The translations under genes and the position numbers were made by a program. A stretch of 64,000 nucleotides of DNA from Octopus sinensis (lineage: Eukaryota): contig NC_043000.1 in NCBI RefSeq assembly GCF_006345805.1, positions 50,468,001 to 50,532,000 of the forward strand, in the 5' to 3' direction. Below are positions 11,736-25,050 of the stretch, piece by piece. The notes beneath the pieces are model-generated. The model was not told the origin of the DNA. It did not search any database and was given only the letters and a program-made list of their open reading frames with translations. The first letter of the stretch is position 1. Each line of letters begins with the position of its first letter.

Positions 11736-13878
11736 ATATCATTACTGTAATATTATAAGTGAGATATTATATGTTACTCTTACTATTGTCATATCGAATT
11801 TACACATTTCATAATAACTAAATTATCAGTAAATTTAAATCTCACAGAAATGTATAGTGTTTTATCTACAGTCTGATTTAGTTTTGATATTGCTGGGAAT
11901 AAGATTTATATGAAATCTCAGTGTTTGAGATTTTGATAACTAAAATAGAAAAAAAAAATGTTACTATTTTTCATCTGTTTTCAAAATCTGGATACCTTGA
12001 GATATTTCATTGCTGAAAACCATTACTTTTGCTCTTTTTAAATAAAAAGAAAATTATGAATTTAATTATTATTGTATAAAACATATATATTTCATTTCAT
12101 ATTCTCAGTTTAAGATTGCCTTCTAATATACTGTTTTCTAAGGCTGTTTGTCCATGCTGTATTATAATACACTATCATCTTTCTATCATTTGGTTTGCTT
12201 TACTTATACTGTTATATAGTATCATAACTGTTACATGCTTCATTTCTTGTCAATGAGAGACTCGCCCTTTTGTCAGCAAACTCATTTTCTGTTTCTTTCA
12301 TGCATCATTGACTGAATGGATTTATGTTTTAAATCGTTGTTATTGCAATTATCAATAATAAAGAAGCTTATAACACTTTTCGTGCTAGGACCCTTTTCTT
12401 AGAAATTATAAGTCCTCCTTTACTCTGGCTATCTTATTTATGTGTGCAACAAATTTTTAAAAAATAAGGCAGAAAAACTTGTTTCAAATATCAAAGTCAT
12501 TAGTTAACACTCCCTCAGTGATAAACTCATAAATGCAAAGTAAATGTTTTTATCCTTTTTTAAAGCTTTGCTTTGTTTCTAATGCATTAGAGTTCAGAAA
12601 AAAGGAAATGCTTAATGTACATTTATCAATCAGCTACTTTTTCTTATTCATCAGTGATCAGTTGGTTTCTTATCTAAAATGTACATTAGATGTTTGATCT
12701 CATTGGAAGCTTGCTAATGTATTATTTTTACTGTTTATAGAGCGATTGGTTTACCTAATTTTCCTTTATGGAACTGGAATATCTGGAGGATATTTTTCAA
12801 AATGTCTTGTCAATTTCTCCGTCACTACTTGACTTCATAGATTGTTTTCTAAAACTGTCACTATCCTAGTGTCAAAAATACTTAGCATTTATTTTGGTTG
12901 GTTAACAAGAAACAGTGAGCCTAAGCAATTTTAAAAGAGATATTTCTAAAGTAACCATTAATCAGACACAAGTAAAAACATTATTTAAAAAGGTTCAACA
13001 TATTAGGAAATCTCCAGTTCTAGCATATCAAATATCTGACATCATGGAACTAAGTGGCTGAAGTGGTCAATAAATTGTGTTCTTTTCCAAAATCTTAATA
13101 CATATTTTGTCTTCTTTTTATGCTTAATTACTTTTATGTCTCATTTTATCTTTTTTGTCCTTTTATAATATCTAACTGGCAAGTTAAAAAAAAAAAAAAG
13201 AACTGATTTGTTCTGAAACTAATTATCTGTGTGCATTGTGGCTTATTACATTCTACTTTACGGGTATCTGCAGAAAAAATATCCTGGTACAGTTTTCGTT
13301 ATCAAGAATAATTTATATTCACTTTCTCTGATTTCTAATGGTTATCTAATTCATTTCTCCTTAGACCACTGTAATTCAGATGTGATATGATTTACTGAAA
13401 AGATTAAAAGAAATAATTTTAATCAAGAATAAAGGAATTTGAAATTTGACAGTTCATCATATTTCAGAAATTTTCAGATATATTAAACATAACTTCCAAA
13501 TCTAATACTATGTTTATATATATTTTAGCTCTTCAGAGCTGAATTTTCTAATCTTAAATACCAATATTTAAGGTAGTGTGATGGTTTCTTAAGTTATCAT
13601 TCATTTAAATATCAATTATAGTTAGATAATGTTTGTCAAGTAAAAAAAGATGTGAATGATGACAGTTTAGAATATTTGAGTTCCGTCTTAAGGTAAATTT
13701 CTCTAGTATTAATTTACATTAGGTTAAAATTAATGTGAGATACTTTAACTGAATTAAAATTTCCATACAAAACATGACAATGGGTTGTATAAAATAAAAA
13801 TTCAGTTTAACTTCTTTGATGCTTAGAATTATTGCTAACCACTTTAATTTTATCACCATCTAATTAGTTATATGTACA

Positions 13879-13929
<51 letters not shown>

Positions 13930-13940
13930 AAGCATATGTA

Positions 13941-14530
13941 TTCTTTTATTTGTTTCAGTCATTTGACTGCAGCCATGCTGGAGCACCACCCTAAAGGGTT
14001 ATAGTCAAAGAAATCAACCTCAGCAATTATTCTATCAGTTTCTTTTGCCAAACTACAAAGTTACGTAACATAGACACTTCACCATCATTTGTTAAGTGAT
14101 AGCAGGGGAGGGACAAACACAGACATACATAAATATATACATATATATATATATAAAACAGGCTTCTTTCAGTTTCTGTCTACCAAATCCACTCACAAGG
14201 CTTTGGTTGATCTGAGGCTATAGTAGAAGACACTTGCCCAAGGTGCCATGCAATGGGACTGAACCTAGAGCTATGTGTTTGGGAAGCAATCTTCTTACCA
14301 CACAGCCACACCTATCTTTTATCTTTTACTTGTTTCAGTTATTAGACTGCAGCCATGCTGTGATACTGCCTTGAAGAATTTCTTTTATTTCAATAAAATG
14401 ACCCCACTACTTATATTCTTTTTAAGCCTGGTGTTTATTCTATCAGTCTATTTCGCCAAACATCTAAGTTATGGGAAATGAAACATACCAATACCAGTTG
14501 TCAAGCAGTGTTGGGGACAAACACACACAT

Positions 14531-14581
<51 letters not shown>

Positions 14582-14755
14582 CACATACATGATGGGCTCT
14601 ATTTCATTTCTATCTGACAAATCTACTCACAAGGCTCTGGTCGGCTTGATGTTATAGTAGCAAAGACTTGTCCAAGTTGCCATGTAGTAAGACTGAACCT
14701 GGAACTATGTGGTTGGGAAGCAAGCTTCTTATCACACAGCCATGCCTGTGCCCAT
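13941..14755 (-). mobile_element. Two tandem family A SINEs (13941-14315 and 14316-14755)
   Basis: Two consecutive full sets of family A blocks, each with an internal CA/TA microsatellite. Confidence 0.8.
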
Positions 14756-14884
14756 ATATGTATATGGATGTGTATGTATGTATATATATATATATATATA
14801 TATATGGATGTTTGTATATGTATATATATGTATGCATATGTGTGTGTATATATATACATATATTTGTATGTATATGTATTTATA

Positions 14885-14920
<36 letters not shown>

Positions 14921-14975
14921 AGTATGTATATGTGTATATATGTGTGTGTATGCATGTATGTGTATGTGTGTGTAT
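14755..14975. repeat. (TA)/(TG)/(TATG) compound microsatellite
   Basis: Directly visible. Confidence 0.9.
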
Positions 14976-15282
14976 TTACAAATAGTTTGAGAAAGTGGTT
15001 CATGTTATATGTAATGAAACTAAATGTAGTGGAACTAATTTATTTTGCTGATATTTATCCAATAGTATACTATTCATCATACACACACATATCTTACATG
15101 TGGTTGTTGAAATTACTGTTTTCTTCTCATCATTTCCCATAAACTTCAGTATTTTAGCAGTCATTCAAGTTCATATATTCTCAAGTTCCTATTAGATGTT
15201 GTTGTAGTTTTATATTTCTGTTATATTAGTATACAAGTGACTTCATGAATAATGGCACTTCCAGTCGAATTCTTCAGAGGAT

Positions 15283-15352
15283 TTATTATTATTATTATCA
15301 TTATTAATATTATTATTATTATTAATATTATTATTATTATTATCATCATTAT
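15283..15352. repeat. (ATT)n trinucleotide repeat
   Basis: Directly visible; gives the poly-Ile pseudo-ORF. Confidence 0.9.
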
Positions 15353-15769
15353 TAAAGTTTGGCTTTCACTTAATTTTACTCTTGGGTTATGTTGTTTAGA
15401 TTATACTACATTTCTATTACAATTGGGAAGTGTTTAAATTAGGAAGAAAAAATAAAATGCAGTAATTTTTTTTTTCTACTTTAATAATTATATTATTTGA
15501 AGTTTATAGGAAAACCTTGTATATTAAAGCTTCATGAAATAATGACTACCTTTAGATGTTACCCATTATGTCAAATTTCACTTATGATATAAGAAAAGCT
15601 AAAACATAATAATAAATGTAACATAGAAGCATAGAGATAAATGAATGCTGCATATATAGAGTGAATATAGGTAGCTTGTAAACTTGTCTTTCCAATGTAT
15701 AGACTATATTCAATCTTCACTATTTATTTAGATATCTGCCACTTAAATAAACATGTATAAATTATTTCT

Positions 15770-15915
15770 TGAAGCAGCTTCACTCTGATTCCACATGACC
15801 TGGTCTACTTGGAGCTATAGTACAAGACACTTGCCCAATGCTCTGCAGTAGAACTAAACTTGAAACCCCGTGGTTGCATAACAAGATTCTTAACTACATA
15901 GCCATGCCTTTGTCT
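15770..15915 (-). mobile_element. Partial family A SINE (head region)
   Basis: GCTATAGTACAAGACACTTGCCCAA...GTGGTTG...ACATAGCCATGCCT. Confidence 0.6.
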
Positions 15916-16344
15916 ATGTAATCACTTTTAAAACTTGCTTTGTCTTTTTCGTATTAAAGGAATCCAAAACTCTTTTGCATCAATAAATATTTACCATTTG
16001 TAAATTGTTAAAAAATGAAAGAAAATGTAAGTAAATCCAGTTATTCATGATGAAACCCACTTCTGTGAATGATGAATACTATCTGTTTAAACATTATTTT
16101 TGATATTTGTAAGAGATACTAAAAAACCTTTTGGTAATTTATGCTTAAAGCTAGAAGCAGGCGTCATTATTGATGTAACAATTAATGGCAGCAGAATCAG
16201 ATTCTGGACAGAATTTGAATATTTTGGAATTGAGACTTTATTTTCCTTTCTTTATGTGCTCCTCGTAAGCTTAATTCTTCAGAAACTTTTCAAAAATGAT
16301 ATATAACTTATTTCAATTCTACTTTTAATATCATTATATTAATT

Positions 16345-16550
16345 AAGGCAGCAAGGTGGCAGAATTGTGAGCATGCTGGGCAAAATGCTTAGTGGCATTT
16401 CATCCATCCTTATGTTCTGAGTTCAAATTCTGCTGAGGCTGACTTGGCCTTGCATACTTTCAGGAGTGATAAAAAAAAATTACCATTTGAGCACTGGTAA
16501 CCCCCCCTCCTCTGAAATTACTGGCTCTATGCCAAAATTTGCAGCCAATA
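16345..16550 (+). mobile_element. SINE family C
   Basis: AGGCAGCAAGGTGGCAGAATTG...AAATGCTTAGTGGCATTTC...GTTCTGAGTTCAAATTCTGCTGAGG (A- and B-box-like). Confidence 0.75.
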
Positions 16551-17443
16551 CCATTACGCAATTGTTTCTTTTTTTGTTTTTTGGAACATTCAAATAAATT
16601 TATATTAATCTTAAATATTTTTATGTTATAATGTAAAAACTACAGAAATTTGTTTCAGTCAAATAGTTTTCTTTATACTTTTCTCTAAAATGTACCTAAA
16701 ATATTTGATACCATCTAAGTAAACAAAGTGCAGTTTGCTGATAGCTTATCCTCGCAAATTATGGAGGATTATGCAAATGTTTGTGATATTAATATAATTA
16801 TTTTGTGAAATCTTTAATATTCTGGATCACCTTATGAAATAATTATGGTGCAATATTGGAGTAAAACTGTTCCTTTTTTAAAATATTTTGCTTAATACAC
16901 TGCATGGTGAAAAGTAAGATTTTCTTTGTTAACAAATAATAATATCTAAACAATTTTCTCTTAATTAAATATTTTAAATTGTTTATTTATAATCCTCAAT
17001 AATCATGTATGTAGCATTATAATGAAAACTGAATTGAGATATTAATTCTCAAGAACCCTTTTTTTTGCGAAATATTCCAAAACATCTTAAAACTTAGTTT
17101 TGTTAATGTGATTAAACTGTTGATAAAAAGTTGTAATTGAATAAATCTACAGTTCTGTAAAAATGTATTTATTATTTTCAATATAGTCATAAACATTTCA
17201 TTATAATTGTTTTCTGTCATTTATAATATATAATCTATTATTGTTATATTAAAATTTCTAATAATTAAATGAATTCTAAATTTTTGAAAATGTTTTAGTC
17301 AAATTTAATAACAGAAAAGCAGTTTTTGTTATTATGCAATATTTTTCCTTTTTTTCATTCTAAATATAATGAAACTGTAAAGCTAAATTAGAAAAATCAG
17401 TTTATATTCTTTTAAATGGCCCAATTTATTATTTGCAATTCTA

Positions 17444-19059
17444 ATTGAGGATGTGTCATTTCAAAATGGAAACAGTAATTTCAAAGTGAGAGCATGTTAC
17501 TTCAAACTGAGAACAGTGATTTCAAAGTGAGCACATGTTGCTTAAACAAAATTTTAATTTGATTTTAATTAACCAACAATACACGGCCTATCTTCACATA
17601 GATAAAATGTTGCAGGGAAGACTTCATCAAGCAGAGAATACAATACTATTACATTAAAAGCAAAACAAAGCAGAAAAAAAAGCGAATTTTTTTTACTTCC
17701 AGTCACAGTACAAGTTGTGCATTATTTATGCAACAACAGATTTTTTACTCAAGTGTATGTAGTAACTATTTGTTTTAGAGCTAGTACATATTCTCTTAAA
17801 AGTGATTTTTGTAACAGTCAGATTGCTAAAGAGCTAGTTTACTTATTTAAAAACACACAGAAACTCTTATATTGTCTTTATATTTATTTCATGAGGTGTC
17901 AGCATTTTTGTTGTAATGCCTAACGGCACAAAAGTTTACCAGTGTCCAGTGTCACTTGCAGTCAACTGACAGATTGTTATGATTATTGATCAGACTGTAA
18001 GGATCTTGCTCAATCCATAAAGACATTAATTTCACGATAGGAAAGAGAATTATTTTAGAAGATGTAAAGGCAGAAAAGGAAGAAACATACTCATAGATGT
18101 TAGATACACTGTAAAGGGTGATAAGGTGTAAGCCTATTTTTGTGAATGATAAATGAAGGTATGAAATAGAATTTGCCAGAAAAACTACTTGTGAGGAACA
18201 ATTACATTCCAAAACTCCTAGCTAGATTGCATGCTGATATGTAAAAATCTGGTTTTTCAGCCTGAGGATAGAAAATGACCTAAAGTTATCATTGCTTGAT
18301 ATGAATTTCTCAATTGGCATTTGAGAACTACTATTCCATCTGGAAAAATCAATAATTTTTGTGGATGAATCTAACCTTAATCTTCACACTACTAGCACCA
18401 ACTGCTAAACTTAAGTAGTAAGTCCACAGTTAAGACTGTTTATGAACAAGCAGCCTAAACTTTTAATATTATTGAGGTTTTGTCAAGCACAGATGTATTA
18501 ATTTCTGAGAGAGTTTCGTAATGATATGCATAAAGAATATTTCGAAAACTTCATTTACCCACACATTTTCTTTACCAGGAATAAGTTTTCGTATACGTGA
18601 TAATGCATGTAATCATGGGATTGAAGTTTCCATGCAAGGAATGCTTCTCATGCATATAGTAAACAATAAAAGTTGAACATGCTCTTCCAGATATATTTGT
18701 AGAAGATGAAAACAATCCTGCTAGTGTCAAAACAATTTGATGCAGATAATATTTTCAGAAAATTGGCATTGAGTGCTATTGGCATATATATTCTGAATAA
18801 AACTGGAAGGCCTTACAACCATGGCTTGTTTCAATAATTAGCCAAGTAAGTTCACACTGTTGACATAACAAATGTTGTTATGATCTTTTGGTGTTATGTT
18901 TTCTGTTAAGTCAATTTTTTTTGTGTTAATCTCACTTTGAAATTGTTATTCGCGGTTTGAAATTGCTATTCTCACTTTTGAATCATTACTGTCATTCTGA
19001 AGTGGCAAAAGCTCCCTTTGACAGTATTAATGTTTCTTTGAAATGACAAGGCCTCACTT
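17444..19059 (+). mobile_element. Decayed IS630/Tc1/mariner-superfamily DNA transposon
   Basis: Imperfect TIRs (GAGGATGTGTCATTTCAAA at 17447; TTTGAAATGACAAGGCCTC at 19038-19056) with TA outside each end. Subterminal ATTTCAAAGTGAGA-like repeats are inverted at the two ends. Internal motifs EKSIIFVDESNLNLHT (18343-18390) and RDNACNH (18596-18616) match the first two catalytic Asp motifs of DDE_3 transposases. Frameshifts and stops are present. Confidence 0.6.
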
Positions 19060-19479
19060 TAAAGTGACATGTGCAGATTTAGATTACATATAATGTAGCT
19101 TGCCATTTTATTTTCAATACTGAATATCCACAGCAACTATTACCATAAATAAAAACAAAATATTAACTTTATGTCATCACTTTATAGTTTTCTTTGGCTA
19201 TGATAATGGGGATGTTATAGTCACTTGGTGCCTAAACTTAGTACTAAGACAGCTTTGTAAAGTAGTTTTGTGGTCTTCCTATGCAATAATAATTTTATTT
19301 GATTTATGAAAATGTTCATACCATCATGACTGGAATTTAGCTTTTATTGATTTACATTCAGTGGCCACTTAAATAAACTTTACATCAGTCAGTCAGTCCA
19401 TCCTTTGCATGTTTGCACAACACCAGTATTCAATTCTCCTCTATCAATTTCTATCAGTAGCATGATCTTTGTCACTTCA

Positions 19480-20010
19480 GTTTAGTTGACAACCTTCAGA
19501 CACAACTAAAATGCTGAATGTCTTGTGTCCCTTGGTCTTCCTTGTATTCTCCATCTCCCTTTTGGTGTCCATCTCAATGCTATTTTGATATACTGATAAT
19601 CTGGATGCTGCAGGAAATGCCCAGTCAGTCATATTTTTTAATCTGTAATCACAATATTTGATACTCTTCATAAGGCTTTACTCTTGATGTGATCATAATA
19701 TAATACTTGGGATTTTCTTCAACTATGTGAAAATCATTAATATTTTGATATTTTCAGTTTTCTTCCATGTTTTATTTGCATATTATACTACTGATGGTGT
19801 GATGGAATTGGGCTGGTGGACATTGATGTTCGTGTCCAGTTTATCCATGGACCAGATTTTGTACATTTGCCAGAATATTGCTGTTGCCTTTCTTATGTTG
19901 TATTTGACATTAGTTACCATCTTCATATTTTTACAGACTACTTCCAATGTATGTAAATCATTTCCAATCTATGACAGTTGCTTTGTTATATTGGCTTGAA
20001 CTAAATCCAG
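19480..20010 (-). mobile_element. Decayed RTE-like LINE fragment
   Basis: Minus-strand motifs FTYIGS (FxYLGS) and PKGRWRIQGRPRDTR (GxRxxGRP) in the expected order; heavily interrupted. Confidence 0.55.
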
Positions 20011-20298
20011 GAACACACTATATGCTAACTAATTTTCAATTAAAAAAAATGTTTTAAAGAATTATTTGACTTTTTAGTCATTTTTGTTTTTGCATTTCAT
20101 AATACTTAAGAATAATATTTAATGAAAGTTTCTTATTGTATCTGAAATCATCCAGCCTTTCAGCCAGATACCTTCCTAAATGACCATAATCTATTACAGC
20201 TGGTCATATTCTGCATATTGAAATGATAACAAATGTAATATCTTAATTTATAGAACACTATAAATTTTAGAATCTTTCATAACACAATTTATATATGA

Positions 20299-20681
20299 CT
20301 AGCAGTATCGCCCGGCGTTGCTCAGGTTTGTAAGGGAAATAACTATAAAGCATTTTTAGAGAGTTATAGCCAAAAAATAGCAAAAAAATGGAAAAAAAGG
20401 ATGGTAAATTTTTTTGAGAGTTAAAAAAGGTGGAGTTGCGTCCCCTAGACAGTTTGTGTTTTGTGTTTCTGATTCTGGACCCCATGTCGAATTTATCGAT
20501 TTTTTTCAGAACTGGGGGAACTTTTCAAAATTTTCGCTGCGTTAGTTTTGAATTATGACATTGGGCTATGTGTGTGTCAAGTTTCATCAGAATCGGTTGA
20601 AAGCCGTGGTCAGGGTGAGGGTACAAGCAAACAGACACACAGAAACACGCTCAGACAAACTGCCGTTTATATAGAGAGAGA
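20299..20681 (-). mobile_element. Non-autonomous Helitron-type element (Lep1/HINE-like)
   Basis: On the minus strand it starts TC (TCTCTCTCTATATAAACGGCAG) and ends in a GC-rich hairpin plus CTAG (...GCAACGCCGGGCGATACTGCTAG), inserted between A and T with no TSD. The internal AAGTTTCATCAGAATCGG motif and ACAGACAC-like tract are typical of these elements. CpGs are retained. Confidence 0.8.
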
Positions 20682-22059
20682 TAACTGCATTCTCATTCTT
20701 ACAAAGATAAAACAATATACAAAGCACTATATATGAATCAAAACCAAAAGGGGCGAAAACATTTTCAGTTTTTATTTCTGATACCCTTAATTACTTTGAT
20801 TGATAATCTGTTCAAAGAATAATTTACTTAAATCTTTCTGGCTTGTCAAAACAAAAAAAAAAAAAAAATTGATGTACCAATGATAAATGATTTTCATGTG
20901 TAATTCAATTATCTTTGTTGTATAGTCTTTCAAAAATTTGAAACACCTTGTAAATTTATTTCATCATCTCTTAAATAGGCTCAATTTCGATCTATATTTA
21001 AATATTCTGAGTTGTATTTTGAAAGTATAAGTCTAAGATACATTTTATTATTTATTTGCATATTTGCTAATATAACTTTTTTGCACTTCATTGAACAATA
21101 ATCGATTTTGCTTTTACTGTCACTGTTGTAATTTTCTTTGGCTCTTTTTCTCTTTTTAAATATTAATCTGAAAATGGACCTTTCTTGATGGACATTGTAG
21201 AGTGGTTAAATGTTTATATATTCGGCAGATACTTCACTATTAACAAAAACCAAAACAAAATATTATATAAAATAACAACTTTTTCATTAGTAATTTTTTG
21301 CTCATGAATATAATTGGCCACTAAGGGAGTCTCAACTCTGAATCAGAATATGCTGTTTTGGTCTGAATCAAATTGGTTATGATGCTTGCATCATTTGATA
21401 AATCATTGCACTTTTTTTTATTAATGGCATCATTCTTAGCTTGGATCATCTGTGTGAAACTTCTTTAAATTTTAATATTCTATATAAGTTAGAATAGTTT
21501 ATTTTTCTATTAGTTGTTATAAAATAAACATGAGCAAAGCAAAAGAAATTAACTTGCAACTTAATAACATATTTATTATATCTAACTTGAAAGACTTTTG
21601 TATATAAATACTTATTCATTTCTTCTGGTTTACTTGGTGAGATAATCATGATTCTGGAATTGTAAGACACTATACCATGAATATCATTAAAAAATTTTCA
21701 CTGGTCAGTATCTGGGTAAAGTCAAGTAGAATGGGAATTACAGAATGAATAAGGCAGGTACAAAATTGGGCGTGTTTGTTTCTTGTTATCTTTTGTTATA
21801 ATTCCCAGTTAAAAGTAAAGATGAAAAATCATTCATTCTCTTTTCTATCTACCTTATTCTTTTTTAGTTGCTACTTTTCTCTCTCACTCCAGGAAAGATT
21901 ATTTTGCTAAATACGTTTTTTGCTCTAAATTAGCTATATCTTCTTCACAAACTATAACTTTTCTCTTTTCTTATGAATACATAAACAGTTAATTATATAA
22001 TATATCATGGATGGAGTTCATTTTTATTATTAGCAATATTTTAATATCCTTTTGTCTAT

Positions 22060-22430
22060 ATTCTTTTGTGTCTGCTATACAGCACATCACTATTTATCTT
22101 GGTCATTTGTCACCGTTTCTGTGAGACTTAGTATCCTAATATATTTGCCTTCTTCACCTCACATTAACTGTCCTTTCAATACCTTCCACTAAGAGTACAC
22201 TAGACATCTTTTTACCTAGCACCCATCAAATATTTGCAGTGCATCTATAGCAGAAAGTTCAACCATCTCTCTTGTCCATATTGCCTAGTTATTCACTCTG
22301 GTCACTTGTGCTTTGTCTTCAAAGCAGGTTAACATTATACATTGAATAGATCATACTTAACCCATTTCCCTCTGATCTTTACTGATTTTTCACACTCTCT
22401 GCCTATGACTCACTTTCTTGCTCACCATTA
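22060..22430 (-). mobile_element. Decayed RTE LINE C-terminal fragment
   Basis: Minus-strand pieces VKRCL... and RILSLTETVTNDQDK**CAV resemble the LRTLGLTE...DRDLWRxAV end of the same RTE family. Confidence 0.45.
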
Positions 22431-22757
22431 TACAGCTATTATATACTTAGATAAAACTTTTTCATGTTTGAATAGGAAATCTATACATCTAGTTATAAAA
22501 TAGAAATACAATTGCCTGAATAACTAGCAAATGTGATATAGAGAAATGAATGTAAATCTGTGTGTGCATGAGAGAAAAAGGGGGAGGGAGGGGTAATATA
22601 CTTGTTTCCTGAATCTGATTAATGCAAGTAAATTCCAAGATGTTACACTTTCTATAAAATAAAGATGGGTTTACTTAATTATAATATTACTAATTTGCTA
22701 TACAGTGTTGAGTCTCCACAGTTACAGTATCAAAATATATTTTGTAGTTTCTAATTC

Positions 22758-23447
22758 ACTCTTTTACTCTTTTACTTGTATCATGCTGGAGCACCACCTT
22801 TAGTTGAACAAATCAACCAAGGACTTATTCTTTGTAAGCCTAGTCCTTATTCTGTTGGTCTCTGTTGCCAAACCACTAAGTTATGGTAATGTAAACACAC
22901 CAGCATCAGTTGTCAAGCAATGGTGGGGAGGACAAGCACAGACACACAAATACATACTCACACACACATATATATATATATACACACACACATATATATC
23001 ATCATCATCATTTAACGTCTGCTTTCCATGCTAGCATGGGTTGGATGATTTGACTGAGGACTGGCGAACCAGATGGCTGTACCAGACTCTATTCTTGATC
23101 TGACAGAGTTTCTATAGCTGGATGCCCTACCTAATGCCAACCACTCCGAGAGTGTTGCGGGTGATTTTACGTGCCACTGGCATGAGGACCAGTCAGAAGG
23201 TACTGGCAACTGCCACGCTCAAATGGTCTTTTTTATGTGCCACCTGCATAGGAGCCAGTCCAGTGGCACTGGCAACAACCTCGCTCGAACACAACATGCT
23301 TCTTTCAGTTTCTGTCTACCAAATCCACTCACAAGGCTTTGGTCAGCCCAAGGCTATAGTAGAAGACACTTACCCAAGGTGCCACAGAGTGGGACTGAGC
23401 CATATGGTTGGGAAGCAAGTTTCTTACCACATCCACTCCTGCACCTA
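22758..23447 (-). mobile_element. Family A SINE interrupted by a family B element (about 23001-23292)
   Basis: The family A 3' half ends at a CA/TA tract. An (ATC)n tail and family B body follow, then family A resumes at CTTTCAGTTTCTGTCTACC. Confidence 0.75.
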
Positions 23448-24224
23448 TTTTCTTACATCAAAATTTTATAAGAAATGTCAATTTCAAGTATACTATGATT
23501 TCACATCAATGCTGTTTATTATGGGTGTCTCAAGTTGGTTCAGTCTGAAGAGGAAGATGGAAAAAAATGATGTAGTATGTGATGTCAAAGTTCAAGATGC
23601 TGGCCCTCACAGATAAAAATGATAATGGACTGTTAGGAAGGAAGAATAATGACATGAACCCTGACATTTTTGTCCAGCTAAGAGAGAAGAGACGTTAAAA
23701 TGATGTTTATATTTCCTTATGTGAGATATTTCCCTATAATCTGACCGATTGTTCTTTTAGGATTTCTTTTGTAATTTTGAAGTTAAAGTAAATAAAATAT
23801 TCTTATGAATTGAACATAATTCAATCCTTATACATCTTCTTGGATTTAAATCCTTTGAATCAATTCTGGATTTCATCAATGTGAAATTGTGAAGCTAATC
23901 TCTTAAGAAATAGTGTCGAATAAATGATCAGATATTGTGCATATTATGTTGTTAGATGATAAATTGTTATAAAAAGGAAAGGGAAAATAAACTAAAGGTA
24001 AAGAAAAACAACTTTTTTCCTAATGGATATGTATAGTGAATTGAATCTAGTATATTACCAGTTCTTATTTTATCAATGCTGAAATAAATCAAGTCTAGAA
24101 CTCATCAAACATATGAAAATAAAAACTACTCTCAATGAAACACATTTATGATATAAACTTTCTTAACCCTTATTGTGATACAAAAACTTTTTAATTCTTA
24201 TTTGAGCTAGTGTTGTAGCTGAGC

Positions 24225-24460
24225 TAGGCTCATAAGGCCAGTTTCCTATATTCCATAGCATATATATCCCCCACCTAGACAAGGTGCTGGTCCTTTGCAA
24301 GATTATCCATTTTTGCCAGCTGAGTGGAATACTGTGACATGAAATTAAATATTTTGCTCAAGAACACTGCTCAGGAACACTTTGATTGCCAGTCCAGGTA
24401 TTGAAATCACAATATTATGATCATGAGTGCAACACCCTAACCACTGAGCCACAGACCTCC
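24225..24460 (-). mobile_element. tRNA-head SINE, family D
   Basis: GATCATGAGTGCAACACCCTAACCACTGAGCCA and flanking blocks shared with 45.7-45.8 kb. Confidence 0.6.
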
Positions 24461-24754
24461 ATGTTGTAGTTATTTATTATACACAATGGTACTTTACAGT
24501 ATTTGTTCTGCATTGCTGAGTGGCCCCTAAAATATCATTCCAAATATTTTTATATGTACAATTTGGCTTCAAGTATCTATTTAAAAGCCTTTATGCAGGG
24601 AAAGTTGACTGATACAACAGCAACCTACTTAGATGATTTGTCTGTTATTCACTTCATTTTACAGAACTTGTAGAAAAATACTAACCCATATATCCTGTGA
24701 TTTACCTAATAATTAGTAATTAGTTTATATTTAAAATAATGCCTATATATTTCA

Positions 24755-25050
24755 AGCGTGGTTGTTGCCAGTGCTGCTGGACTGGCTCCCATGCAGGTAG
24801 CACATAAAAAAACACCTTTTGAGCATGGTCGTTGCCAGAACTGCCTGACTGAACCTCGTGCCGGTGGCATGCAAAAGCACCCACTACACTCTTGGAGTGG
24901 TTGGCATTAGGAAGGGCATCCAGCTGTAGAAACTTTGCCAGATCAGATTGAGCCTGGTGCAGCCTTCTGGCTCACCAGTCCTCAGTCAAACCATCCAACC
25001 CATTCCAGCATGGAAAGCAGACATTAAACGATGATGAAGATGATGATGAT
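24755..25050 (+). mobile_element. Family B repeat
   Basis: Two internal units, GTTGGCATTAGGAAGGGCATCCAGCTGTAGAAAC block and (GAT)n tail. Confidence 0.75.

Noticed and set aside
13622-13692. Other AG...GT-bounded open segments (13622-13692, also near 39.6, 43.7, 45.3, 51.7 and 62.9 kb)
   Set aside because: No recognisable homology and no consistent phase chain; such segments are expected by chance in 64 kb.
23122-23616. 164-aa ORF
   Set aside because: It runs through nested family B and family A repeats and an RTE relic; it has no coherent protein features.
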